Below are positions 55,399-63,612 of a DNA stretch of 64,000 nucleotides, piece by piece. The translations under genes were made by a program, and so were the position numbers. Location: assembly GCA_964480745.1 (NCBI GenBank), contig CAYZQA010000002.1, forward strand, positions 2,744 through 66,743, written 5' to 3'. The stretch's first letter is position 1. Each line of letters begins with the position of its first letter. Under the pieces are notes generated by a model. That model did not search any database and had not been told where the DNA came from. It saw only the letters and a program-made list of their open reading frames with translations. Source of the stretch: an uncultured Sangeribacter sp. Lineage in GTDB: Bacteria; Bacteroidota; Bacteroidia; Bacteroidales; Muribaculaceae.

Positions 55399-55446
55399 CG
55401 GTATTGAAAGTCGTAAATTCTCAACGACTTTCAATACCGTTTTTTT
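55399..55446 (+). terminator. rho-independent terminator after the T9SS cargo gene
   Basis: 16-bp perfect arms CGGTATTGAAAGTCGT/ACGACTTTCAATACCG followed by T7. Confidence 0.85.
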
Positions 55447-55497
55447 AAGATCTATTTCTAATCTCTGTTAATGGCGGTGGGACTGATGAGTATGTGC

Positions 55498-55568
55498 ATA
55501 AAAAAATTGATTGTCATCCCGACAACCAATCTTGCGTTAACCTTAAAATCTAATACCATGAAAAACTC
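55498..55568 (-). ncRNA. candidate small RNA, family copy D (~70 nt), near-identical to C
   Basis: This is the reverse complement of copy C (one substitution in the upstream part, T7 instead of T9). Hairpin at 55506-55530. Confidence 0.55.
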
Positions 55569-55572
55569 GATG

Positions 55573-55580
55573 CAAAGGTA
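55573..55580 (-). promoter_or_regulatory. -7 box TACCTTTG (sRNA copy D)
   Basis: Exact TAnnTTTG, 6 nt upstream of the conserved core. Confidence 0.55.
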
Positions 55581-55745
55581 GGGATATTTTTTAAAACAAT
55601 GTTATATAACATATAAAATCTCTTCAAATTAAAGATTATTTAACCTTGTATCACCAATTAATTTGATTAGATTAATCTTTATTAACAATTTTAAGAATTA
55701 CGACCGATTTTAATAAGGAATTTTTGAAATATCGGGGATGTTTCA

Positions 55746-55753
55746 TATTTTTG
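55746..55753 (+). promoter_or_regulatory. -7 box TATTTTTG upstream of the 193-aa lipoprotein gene
   Basis: Exact TAnnTTTG, 29 nt before the ATG. Confidence 0.45.
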
Positions 55754-55781
55754 CATCCGAATCTACTGAATTCTCTATAAG

Positions 55782-56363
55782 ATGAAGACTCAGAGGGGGC
55801 ATTTCCTGCTCCGGTCTGCCCGGATTGGCATCGCGTTTGGATTGGCTGCTATTGCAGTCGGCTGCGGAGGCCAAGGGAAGACGGAGGCGTCCCGTCATTC
55901 TGCCGAGGCTGCGAAAGAGGAATATCACGCCGACAGGGATATTGCGATGACCGTATCGAGCATCGCCGATGCGATACGTGTCGGCGAACCCCTTGACACT
56001 TTAGGATATAATTTTGAGGGAATTCTCACGGATGGAACCGGACGACCGATTTATTCGGATTTGCGCGGTGCGCCGGGAATCTGGGACGTAGATGTTCTTA
56101 ATGAGCGGATGGCGGTGGTCAGCAACCTTGATTTGGGAGACCTCTTGCCAGAGGATCTGAAGAATTATCTGGCATATTCGCTTGATCTTTCCGACAATGA
56201 CATTATAGATGCTCAGCGCCTCGAGGAGGGAGACGAAGAACTGGAGATGGTAACCTACGACCTTGACGGGTGCCTGCTGCGCATAGAGACTCGCAAAGGA
56301 ATGTCCGCCTCCGGCATCGAAGCCCCACTCATGCGCCTCACCCTCTCTTCCCCTCCTAACTGA
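55782..56363 (+). CDS. lipoprotein of unknown function
   Basis: Lipobox AIAVGC with an acidic C-terminal half. Confidence 0.5.
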   Translation: MKTQRGHFLLRSARIGIAFGLAAIAVGCGGQGKTEASRHSAEAAKEEYHADRDIAMTVSSIADAIRVGEPLDTLGYNFEGILTDGTGRPIYSDLRGAPGIWDVDVLNERMAVVSNLDLGDLLPEDLKNYLAYSLDLSDNDIIDAQRLEEGDEELEMVTYDLDGCLLRIETRKGMSASGIEAPLMRLTLSSPPN

Positions 56364-56409
56364 ACCACTGCTTGCTTTCGCTTTAAGCCGAATTCCTCTG
56401 AGAACGATA

Positions 56410-57759
56410 TTAAAAATAGATCCCTTCTTCCGGACTGTCAGGCTGGAGCCACATCACATAGTAGATGGGAAGATAGGTGATTTTTCCCTCCCGACTCACC
56501 TCCCTCGCATTGGAGAAGACAATTGCTTCCTTGACATTGTAATCCCGGTTCTCTACAAAGCGTGAAAGCGCGCTATGCACCTTGTAATCTTTTCCGGATT
56601 TTATTTCGAGCGGCATGACAGAAAGTGTGTCGTAATTATCGATAAGGAAATCCACCTCCCCATTCTTCTTATTGTCATAATAGAAGGGTTTGAACCCATG
56701 GACATATAGTTCCTGGGCTACCACGCTCTCGTAGACCGCCCCTAAGTTGACACTTCGTTCATCATCAAGTATGGCCTTAATGTTCCTCCCGTAGAGGAGA
56801 GATGTCAGTAATCCGACATCATTTAGATATAACTTGATAAGATTTCGCGTGCTCGATTCGAGCAGCGGGAATTGGGGACCTGTCACTGCTCCTACCTCCA
56901 AGGCTACCCCGGAGTCCACCAGGTAATCAAACTCTTCCTGATAAGTGGAGAAACGTGCCCCCTTTTTTTCTTCAATATTCTTGGCGACTATCCGTTTTTT
57001 CTTGTTCTCCATCGCGGAAGGGATCAGCCTATACAGTCGTTCGATTTTAAGTCGGTGCTCCTCATCATATTTTTCAGCATCCGCCTCATAAAGCCGATGA
57101 ATATCTCTTTGGATATTGCGCACCTCTACAATATTGTGGGTTTCAAGGTAGGCGTTTACTGCATCCGGCAGCCCTCCGGAAATCAGATATTTCTTGAAAA
57201 GGTCGAGCGTCTTGGTGTGGAGTCCCTCGCTCAATGATTGCCCCTCGTTGAAACTCTTTCTGATATGATCTAACAATTCCCTGCCGTATCCGTTGGCGAT
57301 CAGGAATTCTTCGAAATCAAGGGGGTACATATGCTGGATGTCGATGCTTCCGATAGGGATGGAAGTTGATTTATGTAGGGTCAACCCTAAAAGTGAACCG
57401 CTCGCAATATACGTGTAGCGACCTTCTTGCCGCAGAAATTTCAGTAGGGTCAGAAGTTGGGGATACTCCTGTATTTCATCCAGGAAAATAAGCGTGTTCT
57501 CCTTATTTCCCAGTTGGCCATTGGCAAAAATGCTGACTGTGAGGTAAAAATCCTCCAGGGTATGGACATTCTCAAAAAGCCGTTGCCCCTCCTTGTCTTC
57601 CATGAGGTTGATCTCTACGAAATTTGGAAATAAGCTTTTCCCTACTTCTCGAATGATGTAGGATTTCCCTATCTGACGGGCTCCTTCTATAATCATTATC
57701 TTATCTGAACCGCTTTCGAGATGTTTGCGAATAGTGGATTCTATTTTTCTGAATAACAT
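56410..57759 (-). CDS. AAA-type ATPase with DUF4143-like C-terminal region
   Basis: Walker A GARQIGKS. Architecture matches Bacteroidales AAA_14/DUF4143 proteins. Confidence 0.8.
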   Translation of the reverse strand: MLFRKIESTIRKHLESGSDKIMIIEGARQIGKSYIIREVGKSLFPNFVEINLMEDKEGQRLFENVHTLEDFYLTVSIFANGQLGNKENTLIFLDEIQEYPQLLTLLKFLRQEGRYTYIASGSLLGLTLHKSTSIPIGSIDIQHMYPLDFEEFLIANGYGRELLDHIRKSFNEGQSLSEGLHTKTLDLFKKYLISGGLPDAVNAYLETHNIVEVRNIQRDIHRLYEADAEKYDEEHRLKIERLYRLIPSAMENKKKRIVAKNIEEKKGARFSTYQEEFDYLVDSGVALEVGAVTGPQFPLLESSTRNLIKLYLNDVGLLTSLLYGRNIKAILDDERSVNLGAVYESVVAQELYVHGFKPFYYDNKKNGEVDFLIDNYDTLSVMPLEIKSGKDYKVHSALSRFVENRDYNVKEAIVFSNAREVSREGKITYLPIYYVMWLQPDSPEEGIYF

Positions 57760-57791
57760 ATAGTTAACATTTATTCCGTTATTTTTCGCCT

Positions 57792-57799
57792 CAAATTTA
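57792..57799 (-). promoter_or_regulatory. -7 box TAAATTTG upstream of the AAA ATPase gene
   Basis: Exact TAnnTTTG, 33 nt before the ATG. Overlaps the first 14-bp direct repeat. Confidence 0.45.
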
Positions 57800-57875
57800 C
57801 ACTTTTTCCGTCAAAAACACCTATTAAAATTACACTTTTTCCGAGTTTTGAAGGCCGATTTTTACACTTTTTCCG
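57797..57875. repeat. three direct copies of TTACACTTTTTCCG spaced 33 and 32 bp apart
   Basis: Copies at 57797-57810, 57830-57843 and 57862-57875, in the divergent region between the AAA ATPase gene and pseI. Confidence 0.9.
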
Positions 57876-57939
57876 AAGCTGCACTGTCCATGGATCAGCC
57901 TCCCCAAGGAGATTTTGCGGAATTACCAGCCTTTTTTGC

Positions 57940-57947
57940 TAAATTTG
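57940..57947 (+). promoter_or_regulatory. -7 box TAAATTTG upstream of pseI
   Basis: Exact TAnnTTTG, 17 nt before the ATG. Confidence 0.45.
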
Positions 57948-57963
57948 GAGAAAAATTAGAAGA

Positions 57964-59016
57964 ATGTCCCAATCCAAGATAGTCCTTGATAACCCGCCGG
58001 CCAATGGAGAAAGTCCGCTGATTGTCGCCGAACTCTCCGCCAATCACGGCAATTCCTTGCAGACCGCCCTCGACACGGTCCGCGCAGTGGCCGCAGCCGG
58101 TGCAGATGCCATCAAGCTCCAGACCTATACCCCCGATTCCCTCACCCTCAAGGCCGACAACCCGGACTTCCGTCTCGAAGGTGGACTCTGGGATGGCCGC
58201 TGGCTATACGACCTATACACAGAAGCCCGCACCCCCTACGAATGGCATCAGCCTATCTTCGATCTTGCACGCGAACTCGGACTCATCTGCTTCTCCACTC
58301 CTTTTGACCTCGAAGGGGTCGACTTCCTCGAATCTTTAGGCAACCCTATCTACAAGATAGCCTCCTTCGAAATCGCTTGGCTTGACCTTATCCGTTATGC
58401 CGCCTCCAAAGGAAAACCGATGGTGATCTCCACAGGTATAGCCACTCCCCAAGAGATAGAGGAAGCGGTCGCTGCCTGCCGCGCGGAAGGCAATGATGAC
58501 ATAACTCTCCTCAAATGCACATCCGCATACCCGGCCCGCATCGAAGACGCCGCCTTGGGCGACATGACAACGATGCGTGAAAAATATGGAGTAAAAGTCG
58601 GATTGTCCGACCATGCCCCCGGCGCAATGCTTCCCGTAATGGCCACGGCCTTAGGCGCAACCTTAATCGAAAAACATTTCATCCTCGACCGATCGGTCGG
58701 TGGGCCCGACGCCGCCTTCTCCATGACTGCCGAAGAATTCGGCTCCATGGTCCGCGATGTCCGCATGGCCTCCGAAGCCATGCGGCCCGGTCCGCAAGGT
58801 CCCGACGCGCCTGCTCCCAAAGGGAGGGAATGGGGGAGGAGCATATATGTCTCGGCCGACATCCGCGCCGGCGAACGCTTCACGCCCGACAATGTCCGGT
58901 GTGTACGCCCCGGCCTCAGCCTCCATCCGCGCCACCTGCCGCAGGTGCTTAAATCCCGCGCCGTCCGCGACCTTCCCAAAGGAAGCCGGATCTCGCTCGA
59001 CGACCTCGCGCTTTGA
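57964..59016 (+). CDS. pseI: pseudaminic acid synthase (NeuB family)
   Basis: NeuB TIM barrel (VAELSANHGNSL..KLQTYT) plus C-terminal SAF-like domain. Lies within the pse cluster. Confidence 0.8.
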   Translation: MSQSKIVLDNPPANGESPLIVAELSANHGNSLQTALDTVRAVAAAGADAIKLQTYTPDSLTLKADNPDFRLEGGLWDGRWLYDLYTEARTPYEWHQPIFDLARELGLICFSTPFDLEGVDFLESLGNPIYKIASFEIAWLDLIRYAASKGKPMVISTGIATPQEIEEAVAACRAEGNDDITLLKCTSAYPARIEDAALGDMTTMREKYGVKVGLSDHAPGAMLPVMATALGATLIEKHFILDRSVGGPDAAFSMTAEEFGSMVRDVRMASEAMRPGPQGPDAPAPKGREWGRSIYVSADIRAGERFTPDNVRCVRPGLSLHPRHLPQVLKSRAVRDLPKGSRISLDDLAL

Positions 59017-59040
59017 TTTGCGCCTCTCCTCCATTTTTGT

Positions 59041-59048
59041 TATTTTTG
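59041..59048 (+). promoter_or_regulatory. -7 box TATTTTTG between pseI and pseB
   Basis: Exact TAnnTTTG, 50 nt before the pseB ATG. Confidence 0.4.
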
Positions 59049-59054
59049 CAAGCA

Positions 59055-59089
59055 ACAATCCAGCATAAACAAGCCACAATCCAGCATAA
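59055..59089. repeat. 14-bp direct repeat ACAATCCAGCATAA x2 in the pseB leader
   Basis: Copies at 59055-59068 and 59076-59089, between a TAttTTTG box and the pseB ATG. Confidence 0.85.
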
Positions 59090-59097
59090 GAAAGGTC

Positions 59098-60138
59098 ATG
59101 CTCAACAATAAATCCGTACTCATCACAGGCGGGACCGGTTCCTTCGGCAAGAAATTTGTCGAAACCATTCTGAAACGTTACCCGGATGTAAAGCGCATCG
59201 TCATCTACTCGCGCGACGAACTCAAGCAGTTTGAACTCAAACAGCGTTACCCCCACGACAAATATCCCCAGCTGAGGTTCTTTATCGGCGATGTCCGCGA
59301 CGGCGAGCGTCTCCGCCGCGCCTGCCAGGGAATCGACGTCATAATCCATGCGGCCGCAATCAAGCAGGTCGACACGGCTGAATATAACCCCGAAGAGTGC
59401 ATCAAGACTAATGTCAACGGTGCGCAGAACGTAATCAACGCCGCCCTTGAAACGGGCGTGCAGCACGTCGTCGCGCTCTCCACCGACAAGGCTTGCGCGC
59501 CGATCAACCTATATGGCGCCACAAAACTCACGAGCGACAAACTCTTTACGGCCGCCAACAATATCAAAGGCGATCGACCGGTGCGTTTCTCCGTGGTGCG
59601 CTACGGCAATGTGATGGGCTCGCGAGGCTCCGTCATCCCCTTCTTCATCGGGCTGCGCGACAAAGGGGCCGCAGAACTTCCCATCACCGACATGCGCATG
59701 ACCCGCTTCAACATCTCCCTCCAGGCAGGGGTGGATCTCGTTCTCTGGGCCATCGAGAACCATCTCGGCGGCGAGATCTTCATCCCCAAGATTCCATCCT
59801 ATCATATCAAGGATGTGGCGACGGCCATTGCTCCCGGCCTTCCGCAGGTCGAGGTCGGTATCCGTCCCGGCGAAAAGCTCCACGAAGAAATGATCACGCC
59901 GACCGATGCGCTCAACACGATCGACATCGGCCGCTACTATGCCATTCTCCCCTCAGTCTCTTTCCAGCATTCCCGCGAGGACTATATCGCCCATCATGGC
60001 GGCAAGCCTGTGCCAGACGGATTCCATTATTCCTCCGACAAGAACACGGAGTGGGAGACCGTCGATTCCATGCGCGAGAAGATCCGGCTCTATGTGGACC
60101 CCGATTTTAAAGTTGCCCCTGATTCCTCCAAAGAATGA
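59098..60138 (+). CDS. pseB: UDP-GlcNAc 4,6-dehydratase (inverting)
   Basis: VLITGGTGSFGK Rossmann motif in a PseB/FlaA1-like sequence. Confidence 0.9.
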   Translation: MLNNKSVLITGGTGSFGKKFVETILKRYPDVKRIVIYSRDELKQFELKQRYPHDKYPQLRFFIGDVRDGERLRRACQGIDVIIHAAAIKQVDTAEYNPEECIKTNVNGAQNVINAALETGVQHVVALSTDKACAPINLYGATKLTSDKLFTAANNIKGDRPVRFSVVRYGNVMGSRGSVIPFFIGLRDKGAAELPITDMRMTRFNISLQAGVDLVLWAIENHLGGEIFIPKIPSYHIKDVATAIAPGLPQVEVGIRPGEKLHEEMITPTDALNTIDIGRYYAILPSVSFQHSREDYIAHHGGKPVPDGFHYSSDKNTEWETVDSMREKIRLYVDPDFKVAPDSSKE

Positions 60139-61334
60139 CCCCTCCTGAACTCCCGATTCCCTACGGCCGGCAGACAATCACCGACGAGGATGTCGCCGCC
60201 GTTGTCGAGACTCTCCGCAGTCCCTATCTTACGCAAGGCCCGAAGATTGCCGAATTTGAAAAGGCCTTCGCCGATTATGTCGGTGCGCGTTATGCCGTGG
60301 CAGTCAACAACGCAACGGCCGGTCTTCATATCGCCGCCAAGTCGCTTGGTGTGGCTCCCGGTCAGCGTGTCATTGTGACGCCCCTCACATTTGCCGCCTC
60401 CGCCAACTGCATCCGCTATTGCGGAGGAGACGTGACCTTCTGCGACATCGACCCGAAGACTCGCCTGATGGACCCTGCCAAGCTGACGGAGATTCTTGAG
60501 GCTAACCCCGCCGGAACGTTCGCGGGGATCGTCATCGTCGATTTCGCCGGCTATCCCCATAATCTGGAGGAGTTCCGGAGGATTGCCGACCGCCATGGGT
60601 TATGGATAATAGAGGATGCTTGCCACGCCCCCGGGGCTTGGTTCACTGACTCCGAAGGCCACCGCCAACTTTCCGGCAACGGCAAATTTGCCGATTGCTC
60701 CGTTTTCTCCTTCCATCCCGTCAAGCACATTGCGACTGGCGAAGGAGGAATGGTGACGACCGATTCCCCCGAATTGTATGAACGGCTTTGCCTATACCGC
60801 TCACATGGGATCACGCGCGACCCCGACCGACTGGAGGAAAACCACGGCGGCTGGTATTATGAGATGCAGGACCTTGGCTTCAACTATCGTCTGACGGATA
60901 TGCAGGCGGCCCTCGGCATTTCCCAGCTTCGGCGTGCCGACGCCGGGCTTGCGCGCCGTCGCGAGATTGCCGACCGCTATGACGAGGCTTTCCGCAGTCT
61001 TCCCGGTGTTACGATTCCTTACCGCGATCCCTCCGTGGGCCATGCTTTCCATCTCTATGTCATTGAGGTCGACGACAAGGAGGCAGATCAGCCCGGGACA
61101 GCCCGCAAATCGCTATACGATTTCCTACGGGCCAATGGGGTGCTGGCCCAAGTCCATTACGCGCCGGTCCACCTCATGCCCTATTACCGTCAATTGGGCT
61201 CCAGTCCGGGCGATCTCCCCGTTGCGGAACGCTATTATACACGCTGCCTCTCCCTGCCCATGTTCCCGGCCTTGAGCGACGCGCAGCAACAATATGTAAT
61301 TGAGAAAGTAAAGGAATGGAACGCATCGCGATAA
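60135..61334 (+). CDS. pseC: UDP-4-amino-4,6-dideoxy-N-acetyl-beta-L-altrosamine transaminase
   Basis: DegT/DnrJ/EryC1 family with IPYGRQTITDED N-terminus and PLP-Lys context FSFHPVKHI. Confidence 0.9.
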   Translation: MTPPELPIPYGRQTITDEDVAAVVETLRSPYLTQGPKIAEFEKAFADYVGARYAVAVNNATAGLHIAAKSLGVAPGQRVIVTPLTFAASANCIRYCGGDVTFCDIDPKTRLMDPAKLTEILEANPAGTFAGIVIVDFAGYPHNLEEFRRIADRHGLWIIEDACHAPGAWFTDSEGHRQLSGNGKFADCSVFSFHPVKHIATGEGGMVTTDSPELYERLCLYRSHGITRDPDRLEENHGGWYYEMQDLGFNYRLTDMQAALGISQLRRADAGLARRREIADRYDEAFRSLPGVTIPYRDPSVGHAFHLYVIEVDDKEADQPGTARKSLYDFLRANGVLAQVHYAPVHLMPYYRQLGSSPGDLPVAERYYTRCLSLPMFPALSDAQQQYVIEKVKEWNASR

Positions 61335-62497
61335 TCCCGGCGCGTGGAGGCTCAAAACGGATTCCGGGCAAGAATATCCGTAATTTTCATGGCATTCCCG
61401 TCATTGCCTACTCAATACGCGCCGCTCTCCGCAGCGGTCTCTTTTCGGAAGTAATGGTTTCCACAGATTCTGAGGAGATCGCCGAAGTGGCCCGCCAGTG
61501 GGGTGCGTCCGTGCCATTTTTACGTTCGGCCAAGACGAGCGATGATTACGCAACAACGGCCGATGTCATCCGAGAAGTACTCGATGAATATGCTGCCCGT
61601 GGACGAGAGTTCGCTGAATTTTGCTGCCTCTATGCCACGGCCCCGTTCGTCACTTCCTCGCGCCTCTCGGAGGGCGCCCGGATGCTGGCCGACCATGATG
61701 CTGCTTTCTCCTGCGTCGCTTACAGCTATCCGGTCCAGCGTGGCCTTGAGATCTCTTCGGATGGCCGCATTGCGATGCGTTGGCCTGAATATGCCGGAGC
61801 CAGAAGTCAGGACCTTACCCCGACTTATCATGATGCCGGTCAGTTCTATTTTTCCCGCACGGAGGCTTTCCGGCGTTGCGGGTCGCTCTGGGGACCCGAT
61901 ACGGCCCCGATTGTGCTCAGCGAACTCGAGGTCCAGGACCTTGACACTCCCCTCGACTGGACGCTCGCCGAGATAAAGTTCTCGCTCCTCCGTTTCCCGG
62001 ATAGGATAGATACCGAACATTACACCTTCCTTAACTATACCGTCCTCGACACTCCGACAAGCCTCCTGCTCCTCGAATGTCGCAATCTTCCGAGCATCCG
62101 CCGCTTCATGTTCAACCGTGAGGTTATCCCTGAGGCGGAACATCTGCGTTTCATCTCCGGATTGCCCACGGAACTCGACCGGGCCTATTATGCCGTATAT
62201 GAGCGCGACGGAGCGCTGATCGGGAGCGTCAATATCCATTCCATAGCTGAACCGGGACTCCCGCTCTCGACGTTCGAACGGGGTGTCTGGTTGCGGCCCG
62301 CTGCGCAAGGATGCGGCCATTCAAAGCGTCTTCTCTCGGAATTCTACTCATGGCTCAAAAAGGAGAGGGGAGCGAAAGCCATCCTGACCGAAGTGTTTGC
62401 CGACAATGTGCCTTCCCTTGGTCTGGAATCAGCTTTGGGCGCTAAGGAGATTGCCTCGGAGGATTCCCGACTGAAACGCTTCCTGCTGGAACTCTGA
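61316..62497 (+). CDS. pseF-pseH: fused pseudaminic acid cytidylyltransferase / PseH-like GNAT N-acetyltransferase
   Basis: N-terminal IAIIPARGGSKRIPGKN (CMP-sugar synthetase). The C-terminal ~160 aa form a GNAT with a PseH-like RN..IRRFM region. Confidence 0.75.
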   Translation: MERIAIIPARGGSKRIPGKNIRNFHGIPVIAYSIRAALRSGLFSEVMVSTDSEEIAEVARQWGASVPFLRSAKTSDDYATTADVIREVLDEYAARGREFAEFCCLYATAPFVTSSRLSEGARMLADHDAAFSCVAYSYPVQRGLEISSDGRIAMRWPEYAGARSQDLTPTYHDAGQFYFSRTEAFRRCGSLWGPDTAPIVLSELEVQDLDTPLDWTLAEIKFSLLRFPDRIDTEHYTFLNYTVLDTPTSLLLLECRNLPSIRRFMFNREVIPEAEHLRFISGLPTELDRAYYAVYERDGALIGSVNIHSIAEPGLPLSTFERGVWLRPAAQGCGHSKRLLSEFYSWLKKERGAKAILTEVFADNVPSLGLESALGAKEIASEDSRLKRFLLEL

Positions 62498-62502
62498 AAG
62501 CG

Positions 62503-63522
62503 ATGCAACGTAGAAGAATCCTCTTCCGCGCTGACGCGGGCCCGAAGACTGGCTATGGACATTTTGTCCGTAGCTGCGCTCTTGCCGGCTATCTGCGCCA
62601 TTATTGTGAAGAGCATGGTGAATCCCTCGATCTGCTTTTCGCCTCCCGAGGGGACTCTCCCGGCCAAACGCTAACCCCATTTCAGCAATCCTCGCTCCTC
62701 GAAGTGGGCGCCAGCTTTATCCCTCTGGTTAGCAATGACGACTTCTTGCGCCTTCTCCTTCCTGAAGACATCGTTGTTCTTGACAATTATTATTTCACCA
62801 AGGCGTATCAAAGGGCGGTGAAGTCTCGATGCGCCGCTCTTGTCTGTCTACATGATATGCCGGGCCATGAGTTTGATTGCGATGTGGTAATTTCCGGTAC
62901 GCCGCTTCCCCGTCATTCTTACTCCATGCCTGCGGATGCCCTTTATTTTTCAGGGTTGCAATACTTTCCGTTGCGCGCTCCTTTTTTTGCGCCCGCTGCT
63001 CCCACAGCCTTACGTAATGACGAGGACTCCCCGATTGTCCTTGCCATGGGTGGGGCAGACCCCCTCCAGCTTGCCCGACGCCTTGCCCCGGCTGTCCTTG
63101 AGGCTTTCCCGGAGAGTCCGTTGGTGATAATAGGCGGCAAAAAGGAGGATTATGCCGATGAGAGGACCACTGTGCTGACGGGCCTCACTGCCTCTGAGAT
63201 GGTGGCCTTGTTCGACCGGTCAAAGCTCGGAATTTTCCCGGCCAGCACAGTGTGTATCGAGGCCTTGTCGCGCAGGCTACCGATCCTGGCGGGACGTTTC
63301 ACGGATAATCAGGACTATCTCTACGATTATCTTCATAAAGAGGGGTATGCCGGCCCATTGGGTGATCTCAGTGACCTTTCCGCGCAGGCTGAGGACAATA
63401 AAGAAGTGGCTGCCGGCCTTATTCGCCATGCAGCCACACAAACGTTTTCAAAATCCGGTCCAAAAATCAATTTCCAAAAGGCCCGTTCAGAACTCGCCTC
63501 AGGCATTCTCTCCCTTATTTAG
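62503..63522 (+). CDS. pseG: UDP-2,4-diacetamido-2,4,6-trideoxy-beta-L-altropyranose hydrolase
   Basis: N-terminal RILFRADAGPKTGYGH pattern and position in the pse cluster. Confidence 0.7.
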   Translation: MQRRRILFRADAGPKTGYGHFVRSCALAGYLRHYCEEHGESLDLLFASRGDSPGQTLTPFQQSSLLEVGASFIPLVSNDDFLRLLLPEDIVVLDNYYFTKAYQRAVKSRCAALVCLHDMPGHEFDCDVVISGTPLPRHSYSMPADALYFSGLQYFPLRAPFFAPAAPTALRNDEDSPIVLAMGGADPLQLARRLAPAVLEAFPESPLVIIGGKKEDYADERTTVLTGLTASEMVALFDRSKLGIFPASTVCIEALSRRLPILAGRFTDNQDYLYDYLHKEGYAGPLGDLSDLSAQAEDNKEVAAGLIRHAATQTFSKSGPKINFQKARSELASGILSLI

Positions 63523-63612
63523 TTTGTGGACGCGATTTATCGCGTCCCTACTAAGAGCGTGGGGTAGTTTGAGGACGCGATTTATCGCGTCCCTGCTAAG
63601 AGCGTAGGGTAA
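63523..63612. repeat. two tandem 45-bp units, each carrying the REP-like palindrome GGACGCGAT-TT-ATCGCGTCC
   Basis: Units 63523-63567 and 63568-63612 differ at a few positions. They lie between convergent pseG and the CD225 gene, and the second unit covers the CD225 stop. Confidence 0.9.

Larger units (their letters stand above)
55498..55619. repeat. right arm of the inverted repeat (contains sRNA copy D and its promoter)
   Basis: See the left arm. Weaker similarity continues a few tens of bp beyond the outer ends. Confidence 0.9.

Noticed and set aside
55551-55582. Mini-ORFs on the strand opposite the candidate sRNAs (MKNSMQR at copies C and D, MKNTLQS at B, a 25-aa ORF at A)
   Set aside because: The apparent conservation is explained by the sRNA core and the reverse complement of the -7 box (CAAAnnTA). 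Lengths and stops are not conserved, and the A-run plus hairpin lies upstream of them, which is terminator geometry for the other strand.
44162-55619. Reading the inverted repeats as ends of a composite transposon or other mobile element
   Set aside because: No transposase, integrase or recombinase lies inside or nearby. The content is housekeeping, I could not find target-site duplications, and the repeats are complete promoter-RNA-terminator units.
56410-57759. AAA/DUF4143 ATPase as part of a defence system
   Set aside because: It is a single gene with no nuclease, methylase or other partner adjacent. This architecture is very common as a solitary gene in Bacteroidales, so I annotated it only as an ATPase of unknown role.
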